NCBI GenBank assembly: GCA_047495785.1
Contig: JBLDXI010000024.1
Location: 1,426,001 to 1,490,000, forward strand
Source of the DNA: Lepidodermella squamata
Lineage: Eukaryota > Animalia > Gastrotricha
Reading direction: 5' to 3'
DNA length: 64,000 nt
Part shown: one piece after another, positions 1 through 6,585 of the stretch
How positions within the stretch are numbered: position 1 is the first letter of the stretch
How the letters are laid out: each line of letters starts with the position of its first letter
The notes under the pieces: generated by a model
The model's database searches: none
Told to the model about the DNA's origin: nothing
What the model saw: only the letters and a program-made list of their open reading frames with translations
Made by a program: the position numbers and the translations under genes

Positions 1-337
1 AGGCGCCTGAAGTGCCATGACGCTTAAGGGATTCGGTAAAACTAGGTCTAGCGCCCTCAGGTTGTTGCATATCACCTAATATTTTTTGGCCAGTAGATAA
101 TGCTTGTTGAAAAATAGACGGAGCAATTACTGGGAAGAAATTTCTGAAAAAGGCACCTAATATATTTCCTATTCCCTGACCCCTATAATGATATGGAAAT
201 TGAATTGTTGCCCCACGGAAATGGTCCAGGTTAGCACCCGCTCCAGCTCCATAGCCTGCTATCAGCGGGGAGGAGTGTTGGCGGAGAAAAAACTGCTGGT
301 ACTTGTCAACGTTTTGGTTAGAATAAGCTAGGGGCAT
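1..337 (-). CDS. Polinton small structural/core-like protein, 3'-truncated by window edge (absent from ORF track)
   Basis: Manual translation from ATG 337: MPLAYSNQNVDKYQQFFLRQHSSPLIAGYG...FRGATIQFPYHYRGQGIGNILGAFFRNFFPVI..., open to base 1. The RGxGIG-amphipathic helix-FR..P pattern resembles a conserved Polinton ORF. Confidence 0.7.
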   Translation of the reverse strand, partial: MPLAYSNQNVDKYQQFFLRQHSSPLIAGYGAGAGANLDHFRGATIQFPYHYRGQGIGNILGAFFRNFFPVIAPSIFQQALSTGQKILGDMQQPEGARPSFTESLKRHGTSGA

Positions 338-375
338 CTTCGGTAATATTAATAATTAGAACTCAGCCACTTATA

Positions 376-1596
376 TTAATATAAGGCTCCGGTTTTTCGG
401 CGAATATGAAGTAGCAATACAACTTTGCTACCATCCACAAAATCGATCAATGCCCCGTTATCGCGGCGGATTTGAACTTGAATTGAATCTATAAAATTGG
501 CTTTTAAAGGTAAATATAGGCCCGAGTTATAAATCACTGTAAAATGTGATGACAAGTCTGAATTTGCCGTAGCAGAAGCCATCGTAGAATAGGTTATCAT
601 TCGAAGGAGGCTAGCTTGGCAATCTCCAACAAAAACATCCGCTGCAACTGAGCAGTAAATGAACAGTGAGTTATTGCCATAATTCAACTGAATGTTGTAT
701 TGAGCTGTAGCACTTTCTTCATAGCATGCATAAATAAAGGCAGGCGGTAAATCATTATCTTTGGTGATTACTGTTTGCTCAGAAAAATCAAAGTGCTGTG
801 CTGAATTTACGCCTTCTTGATTTTCTACCGCCGCTGTCTCATTATTTGCATCCTCCTTAAGTTTTGGTCTGCTAGAAAGCCTAACAATCCCAACTGAGTT
901 GAATAAAATGTGTGGATTTTCACGAATTTGGTGGCTCATATTCCACGCATATGCCAAGGCATACGTTGACTTTATATCAAAAGTGGAAACTTCATTAAAT
1001 TCTGGCTCGTCATTTTTTGGGGCCTTGGGAAAAATGAAAACTCCAGACGGTGTATTCTGTTCTATTGGAGACACAAAACCTAAGAGGCCAGCAGAATCTG
1101 AAGGTATAAACATAGAATATGGCCATTTACAGGTAATTTTAGTTTTTTTGTTGACTGAATCATAATGAGCAAAAATAGAGCCATTACTACTTGAGATGGA
1201 TATTTTTTCATTAAAGTGATCGATTAGTTTGGTTATATTCGCAAAATATTCACCTCCGAAATTTACTTTGTTAATAAAGCCAGTTTCCCATGGATTGTTG
1301 AAACTTTTCATCCGATGTGGCAAAGAGCCAGGATTTGTTAAATAATTAGCAATAATGTCGTTTTTAAAAGATTTCAGCCAGTTACAATCAAGCACATAGA
1401 CTGTATGACGATCAATGCTACTCCACCTAACAGGAATTGTAGCCTCAAGTAGGGCTACTTCATAAGCACGGCAATCGGGTACGCAAATTGGGACAGGGAG
1501 AGCAACTTGATAATCCGACGGAGTATTCGCCGGATGTTGAGAATATGAGGCATTCGAGGGTAAATAAATAAAGAAGTCCTCCTGGATGCTAAGCAT
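376..1596 (-). CDS. Polinton minor capsid (penton-like) protein
   Basis: N-terminal FFIYLPSNAS..PANTPSDYQVALPVPI..YEVALLE and C-terminal LFIYCS....VGD....LLR..Y..L....IDSIQVQIRRDNG.LIDF..KVVLLLHIRR match Polinton minor capsid motifs. Confidence 0.75.
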   Translation of the reverse strand: MLSIQEDFFIYLPSNASYSQHPANTPSDYQVALPVPICVPDCRAYEVALLEATIPVRWSSIDRHTVYVLDCNWLKSFKNDIIANYLTNPGSLPHRMKSFNNPWETGFINKVNFGGEYFANITKLIDHFNEKISISSSNGSIFAHYDSVNKKTKITCKWPYSMFIPSDSAGLLGFVSPIEQNTPSGVFIFPKAPKNDEPEFNEVSTFDIKSTYALAYAWNMSHQIRENPHILFNSVGIVRLSSRPKLKEDANNETAAVENQEGVNSAQHFDFSEQTVITKDNDLPPAFIYACYEESATAQYNIQLNYGNNSLFIYCSVAADVFVGDCQASLLRMITYSTMASATANSDLSSHFTVIYNSGLYLPLKANFIDSIQVQIRRDNGALIDFVDGSKVVLLLHIRRKTGALY

Positions 1597-1792
1597 TTGT
1601 TATGTTATCCTTATCTATCTTTTCTAAAGTAAGGATTGCGCTGTTGCCAAAAGGGGGGAGCTTAGTTTTGAATAAATAGTTTGAAATTTCTATAAGCCAA
1701 ACGGTTATTAGAAGGAAAAAAATGTAGGCCCCTACACGCACAGATGGCTTTTGTAGGAAAGCTAAGAGTGGAGTCGTAGGAACTCTATTCAT
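1589..1792 (-). CDS. Small single-pass membrane protein of the Polinton
   Basis: 67 aa with hydrophobic VGAYIFFLLITVWLI. Overlaps the integrase stop (ATGA) and the start of the penton-like ORF. Confidence 0.5.
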   Translation of the reverse strand: MNRVPTTPLLAFLQKPSVRVGAYIFFLLITVWLIEISNYLFKTKLPPFGNSAILTLEKIDKDNITNA

Positions 1793-3000
1793 GAGGCCAA
1801 GGTTTTGATCTCGTTTGCATCAATCCAACTAGCGGCTTCAATCGGCCAGTTTTGCCATTTCACAAGAGCCTGTTTCTTGCCATTTATAGTGCGATGCTTC
1901 AGAACTTTTTCTATTAAATATGTTTCTTGCGGATGTGCTATCTGAAGCTGCCAATCGTAAAAACTACCTTGAATACGCTTATTCAGAGTATCACGGAGAT
2001 AATACTTGTCGGGGATGGTACAAGTATCTATGCGGTCGATAAAAAAATATTCTTCAGTAAAAATGAAATCTCCTTCTTTGTGAAATAAATCCTTTACACG
2101 ACTAATTCTAACACAATCACCGACAGAAAAAGTCGGTTTGTATAGTAAATTCTTGCGCTTTTCAAGCATCAATTGATCTCTTTTTCCAAAAACATTATTG
2201 TAAGCAACCAAATTTATAGGATCTTCTGGGGAAGCTAGCCATAATTCTAACGGGGCAACCCTAGTGCTGCGATTTTTCATTTGATTGTAAGACGCTAAGA
2301 AAAAAGGTAAGTAATCGATGTAACGCAGCGTATGATTTGCAATTTGATGCCTCGAAATAGTTCTACGAAGCCAACGGTTGAAAATTTCTATGGGTGAACA
2401 CTTGAACATGGAGGTTGTAGTGTAATAATAAACATTGAATTTTTTAAATATTTTTTTAGCTTCTTTGTTGATAAATTCTCCGCCAGAATCTGTAGTGAAA
2501 GAGCGGCAACGCAAATCAGGTGTTAGGCTGCTCAAAAAATTACTGATCTTCTCAGCAGTGTAATTTCCTTCTTTGTTAAGTAAGGGAATACAGAAAGCAT
2601 AACGCGTAAAACAGTCTTTGATTGTAAGTAAATAGCGGGTTCCATCATTATCTTGGCTTGAATCTTGAACTTCAAGAAGATCACCTAGAAAGAGGTCACT
2701 TCTAGCATAAACTTCATATTGCATGAATTGCTTCCGGTTTCTTACACTTAGTGGTTTATATAATGAATATGTTCGATCATGGCTCATAATCTCAGCTAGT
2801 TTTTTATGAGTAAGGGAATTTCTCAGCTCTAAGGGTAATGTAGCTTTAAGTGTTGAGTATAATCTGCGCAGGCCTTGAAATGATCCAACATGTTTCGGAT
2901 CATTATAGAAGCTCAAAACAAACGATTTCAAGTCTGACCTGTGGTTTATTTTAGCATCTCCTTCAGCTAGACGTCTCGCATTGTGTTTATTACGTGGCAT
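1789..3000 (-). CDS. Retroviral-type (rve) DDE integrase with C-terminal chromodomain
   Basis: YNDPKHVGSF, LGDLLE (D), TTDSGGEF (D), PIEIFNR (E), SYN, FSVGDCVRIS, GSFYDWQLQ; chromodomain YLIEKVLKHR...LVKWQNW....SWI. ORF intact. Confidence 0.95.
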   Translation of the reverse strand: MPRNKHNARRLAEGDAKINHRSDLKSFVLSFYNDPKHVGSFQGLRRLYSTLKATLPLELRNSLTHKKLAEIMSHDRTYSLYKPLSVRNRKQFMQYEVYARSDLFLGDLLEVQDSSQDNDGTRYLLTIKDCFTRYAFCIPLLNKEGNYTAEKISNFLSSLTPDLRCRSFTTDSGGEFINKEAKKIFKKFNVYYYTTTSMFKCSPIEIFNRWLRRTISRHQIANHTLRYIDYLPFFLASYNQMKNRSTRVAPLELWLASPEDPINLVAYNNVFGKRDQLMLEKRKNLLYKPTFSVGDCVRISRVKDLFHKEGDFIFTEEYFFIDRIDTCTIPDKYYLRDTLNKRIQGSFYDWQLQIAHPQETYLIEKVLKHRTINGKKQALVKWQNWPIEAASWIDANEIKTLAS

Positions 3001-3003
3001 GAC

Positions 3004-3273
3004 CTAATTCTTCTTTATAGCTAATTTACGGCAAGTAGGGACAACCGAACAATTAGCCATGTGGCTAAATAAATCACCGTTTAAGTGGAATAATAAATCA
3101 TTTATATTATATAACATCCGCTCAGTAGACTCGACAAGTTGCCGCAGGTGAAGGAGTTCGGCTTGAGTATTGCGAACTTCCATAACAGCGAAAAAGCTGA
3201 TTAAAATGGTAACCAGGGATAGCAGCAATAGGATCGGTAAAACAGCACGCGGAATATCTGTTGTTTGATGCAT
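3004..3273 (-). CDS. Small membrane-anchored coiled-coil protein of the Polinton
   Basis: 89 aa, N-terminal hydrophobic helix followed by a heptad-like segment; ends 3 nt before the integrase ATG. Confidence 0.55.
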   Translation of the reverse strand: MHQTTDIPRAVLPILLLLSLVTILISFFAVMEVRNTQAELLHLRQLVESTERMLYNINDLLFHLNGDLFSHMANCSVVPTCRKLAIKKN

Positions 3274-3437
3274 AATAAATTACGAAGACTTTAAAAACGG
3301 GGAAATTTACCGATAGCCATATTTTTATTTCTGCTGCGAATTTTGAAAATTGATAGATAATGATGAAAGTAGAAATAATGATTTTAGCTTAAAAAAAGAC
3401 GGCACGCGATTAATCTTCCCTCATTCATTAAATCATT

Positions 3438-4217
3438 TTATTGTTGTTTGATATACAGAAAAAAAGGCGCCAATTTAACAAATGCTATTTTTATAAGAGA
3501 TAACGAAAAACAGCCGCTCATAATCATTTTTCCAGTGTGAAACAGTGTGGCAGATACATTTAACTTTGGTTCATTTTCATTAGTGCTGACTTTGGAGAAA
3601 ACACGTATACGCAACCCAGGAAAAAATTCTGGTTGGTAAACGCATATTTTAGGAAATTGAAAAGCTAGCAGGCTAAGATTGACAGTTTTATGTAAATCGT
3701 AGAACAATACTATATTAGTAATTATTGGGTCACGGATTATCAACCGTCGATTAACAATTTTTCTGAGTGTAGCTTGAAGAACTCCAAAAGCAGTAACACA
3801 ATTCGAGGCTGTTTTGGTACCACTACAAATTATAGCTCCGGATGAAAATAATAAAAACGTCGCGTTAAAAGCAGGTACTTTATAGAACAAAGCACTCGAC
3901 ATTTTTTTTGGGTTATATTTTGCACAAGGTAAAATTAGGGCTAGACTATCTAAATTAAATAGAAAATTTGACCTTGATTTAGCCATAATATTTGAAATAG
4001 AGTAATCAATATCATATTGTATATTATTTACTTCCATATTTAATGGTGGGGATTTCAATAGAAAAAAAGGTTCAGTGCTAGATTGTAGCTTTAAATCAAC
4101 AGGATAGGATATAGTCAAATTTATGATCGTGGTCGACTGTGATGCGGCTGATTGAAGGCTTGTAACATACTTGATTTCAGCTGTTTCTGTTTGAACTTTG
4201 CGATAGGTTGAGGGCAA
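3438..4217 (-). CDS. TATA-box binding protein (TBP)-like protein encoded inside the Polinton
   Basis: Two TBP repeats: ISNIMA..NLDSLA....AKYNPKK...TFLLFSSGAIICSGTK and ITNIV..VNLSLLA...YQPEFFPGL...TLFHTGKMIMSG. Intronless. Start uncertain (TTG 4217, an internal ATG, or fusion with the upstream ORF). Confidence 0.9.
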   Translation of the reverse strand: MPSTYRKVQTETAEIKYVTSLQSAASQSTTIINLTISYPVDLKLQSSTEPFFLLKSPPLNMEVNNIQYDIDYSISNIMAKSRSNFLFNLDSLALILPCAKYNPKKMSSALFYKVPAFNATFLLFSSGAIICSGTKTASNCVTAFGVLQATLRKIVNRRLIIRDPIITNIVLFYDLHKTVNLSLLAFQFPKICVYQPEFFPGLRIRVFSKVSTNENEPKLNVSATLFHTGKMIMSGCFSLSLIKIAFVKLAPFFLYIKQQ

Positions 4218-4576
4218 ATCATGACCAAAAAAGAGGCGACAGAATCTTGCTTTCGTGACTCATGATTGGTAATTGGAACAGCTGGTTTATTTTTCGCCTT
4301 GCATGGCGTTTTCGCCGATTTAGCAACTGATTTCTTCTCAGTACCTATGACTTTTTTCTGAATTTTATGTTTAGCATTGCGTTTCGGTTGATTACGAACC
4401 GCAGTTTTTGCTAATCTAGAGGCTGATGTTTGTTCAACAGGTTCCTTGGTAAACGTACTCGTATTCGGTTCATTCAGGTTTATTGGTACGAAATCATTGT
4501 TAGAAAAAAACAATGGAGAAGCCGGAGATGAATTGAAGAAAGCTTCCATAAATTCAGTAAGAAGAATAATATTCAA
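4121..4576 (-). CDS. Lys-rich low-complexity ORF, possibly the N-terminal part of the TBP-like gene
   Basis: 151 aa, basic. Overlaps the TBP ORF, which lies in the -1 frame, across a T6 run at 4227-4232. Confidence 0.5.
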   Translation of the reverse strand: MNIILLTEFMEAFFNSSPASPLFFSNNDFVPINLNEPNTSTFTKEPVEQTSASRLAKTAVRNQPKRNAKHKIQKKVIGTEKKSVAKSAKTPCKAKNKPAVPITNHESRKQDSVASFLVMICPQPIAKFKQKQLKSSMLQAFNQPHHSRPRS

Positions 4577-4717
4577 AGTTCTTGCGTTTGAAATGAAAAA
4601 TGATCGAATGACGGAAGCCGGCCGCGGTGATTGGTTGGAGTTGCTGAGCCCCAGAACCTTCTGATTAGGAATGAATAAATAACAAAGGCATTATATAAAT
4701 AAAATAAACTGACCAAA

Positions 4718-5524
4718 TTAGGTCGAAGAGCTGTTGTTGAAAGGTAAGACGGTAGCGACAGGTTGTAGTGCGATGGAGCGTTGCATGATGCCCGGCCATT
4801 TACTATTCGCACCTTCCTGCTGACCATTAAGAACATCGATGACTGATGCCCATGGAATTTTCTGAGCGTGTTGATAGGGTGGAGGTACGACGTTCTGCAT
4901 TTCTACTGAGACCCTACGACCTGCCCGAAGTAAAAGGTAGAATATGTGCCGCAGGTTTACGCTGACACCATTAAAGTTTTTTAACAAATCGTAAAATAAA
5001 TGTTGGATGTAGATATATCGGCCTTCGGTGTAGGTAGGGTGTGCCGTTAGGCCATACCAGAAACTTTCTTCCAGGCCAGACACAATAATAGGGTTAGGGC
5101 TATCGTCGAGGCAATCATCCAAAAGGTAATCACTTTCAGTAAAAATAATTGAGTGACAAATGGACGACCATAAATCATCCTGGCGAACAAGGAGCGTGGT
5201 AGTATCATTTAGGATGCTCTTCCATAAATCATGCCCAACGATGGAAGCACAGGTAGCTAAATTATATTCGGCAAAATGTTGAAAATTCGTGCCATCGTGG
5301 GTTGATGGGAAGAGACGAGCAACGGCTCTTTTGTAGCCGAGATAAACATGATCGATAGTAATATGTTGGCCTTTCGAGTTGGCAATCAAATCGAATATGG
5401 CGACTTCAGCGAATGTAATGCGTCCAGAGAGGGTATTTAGTGATATATTTAATGATTTCGGAGGAAAAAGTAAATCTTCTCGGTAGAAAATCGCTTCATA
5501 AGATTCATCATAGCCAATAATCAT
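4718..5524 (-). CDS. Polinton hypothetical protein (268 aa)
   Basis: Long ATG-initiated ORF in AT-rich DNA, co-oriented with the other element genes; no motif recognised. Confidence 0.6.
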   Translation of the reverse strand: MIIGYDESYEAIFYREDLLFPPKSLNISLNTLSGRITFAEVAIFDLIANSKGQHITIDHVYLGYKRAVARLFPSTHDGTNFQHFAEYNLATCASIVGHDLWKSILNDTTTLLVRQDDLWSSICHSIIFTESDYLLDDCLDDSPNPIIVSGLEESFWYGLTAHPTYTEGRYIYIQHLFYDLLKNFNGVSVNLRHIFYLLLRAGRRVSVEMQNVVPPPYQHAQKIPWASVIDVLNGQQEGANSKWPGIMQRSIALQPVATVLPFNNSSST

Positions 5525-5627
5525 AGCAACTTATTTGACCTTGCTATCCCTACCTTAATCTTTGCTTTTATTCGATTTTCCTTGAGTAAAAAAATGTTTC
5601 TTATATTTTTTAGATTACAGTTAAGTT

Positions 5628-5845
5628 GGATTGATAGGAGAAAGTAAAGTTTATTTACAAAACAAGTTAATGGACATATCAGGAAAGAAAGGAGTATTTA
5701 TAAATGCTAATGGCCAAAGTAAAAAATATTTATTATATTTTAGATTAAAGTTAAGGGGGATTGATAGGAGAAAGTAATGTTTATTTACAAAAAAGGTTAA
5801 TGGAAAGTAAGGTGTATTTATATAAGCTAATGGACAAAGCAGGAA
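5628..5845. repeat. Two imperfect direct copies with ~130-bp period, each containing a TATA-like box
   Basis: GGATTGATAGGAGAAAGTAA-(A/T)GTTTATTTACAAAA...GTTAATGGA...GTATTTATA...GCTAATGG at ~5628 and ~5758. Confidence 0.75.
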
Positions 5846-5917
5846 AAAAGATGAGCTAGCTTGAGTTCTTAGATTACTGTATCTAATCAAGTATCTTTTT
5901 GGAAACTAAGAAAATTG

Positions 5918-6193
5918 ATGGAAGCAGAAGACATGTAAGTTTGGTTCTTTTTTAAAAAATCTTGAATAAATTCTGTTATGTTTAGTCGTGAACGCTTATA
6001 TCAAGCACTGCTAAGCATTGACCATCTGCAACGAGCAATGACAGCAGCTATAAACGAAATGTTGAACACACAATTGGAGGTTGAACAATTGATCAATGAT
6101 GCATCACGATTTATGATAGCAACTCGAGCAAGAGATCAGGCATGCAGCCTAGATTGTGGTGATTGGAATTGTAATTACTGTTACAAAGATTGA
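5918..6193 (+). CDS. Small spliced gene with C-terminal Cys cluster near the Polinton end
   Basis: ATG 5918, exon 5918-5934, intron GTAAGT...TTTAG 5935-5985 (51 nt), in frame with ORF 5978-6193: MEAEDIRERLYQ...CSLDCGDWNCNYCYKD. AATAAA follows the stop. Confidence 0.6.
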
Positions 6194-6356
6194 AAAATTA
6201 AAAATAAATTATCATGTGTGCATTTTTTATATTACAAATTAATTCCCAGAAAGAATGCAAAAGCATGACTCATAATAGTTTTAGAAAAAAAGTATGCCCG
6301 CTGTATATTTTATCATAAACATTGCGTACATTTATGGGGCAACGGATAAAACGCAC

Positions 6357-6540
6357 TTATATATTTATGTGAAACGGTTATAGTAAAAATGACCGTAGTG
6401 CTATTACTGATACAACGCTCGTATATTTATGCCAAATGGCTATAGTAAAAATCGCCGTACTGCCATTACTGATCCCAAATTGCGTATATTTATACCAAAC
6501 GGCTATAGTAAAAATCGCCGTACTGCCATTACTGATCCAA
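6357..6540. repeat. Three ~63-bp subterminal tandem repeats of the Polinton
   Basis: Unit CGTATATTTATGCCAAATGGCTATAGTAAAAATCGCCGTACTGCCATTACTGATCCCAAATTG at 6420-6482, near-identical copy 6483-6540, diverged copy ~6357-6419. Confidence 0.9.
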
Positions 6541-6585
6541 AGTTCCCATCCTTACTACTATTACTGTCTCAGCCATCTACACCCC

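Larger units (their letters stand above)
1..6559 (-). mobile_element. Polinton/Maverick element, right arm (continues beyond window start)
   Basis: Dense co-oriented intronless ORFs, including a Polinton-type integrase with chromodomain and a minor-capsid-like ORF. Terminus ...CCTTACTACT (5'-AGTAGTAAGG on the minus strand) fits the Polinton AG...CT / AGT-repeat ends. Similarity to the host paralogue at ~52230-52255 resumes at 6560, so ATTACT (6560-6565) is the candidate 6-bp TSD. Confidence 0.9.

Noticed and set aside
1789-3000. Integrase as part of an LTR retrotransposon
   Set aside because: Stand-alone ORF with no RT, RNase H or gag, Polinton-type motifs, and capsid-like neighbours.
3438-4217. 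The host's canonical TBP gene
   Set aside because: Far too divergent for the highly conserved host TBP, intronless, and embedded among element genes.
6357-6540. 63-bp repeats as a CRISPR array
   Set aside because: Head-to-tail units with no unique spacers, no cas genes, eukaryotic context.
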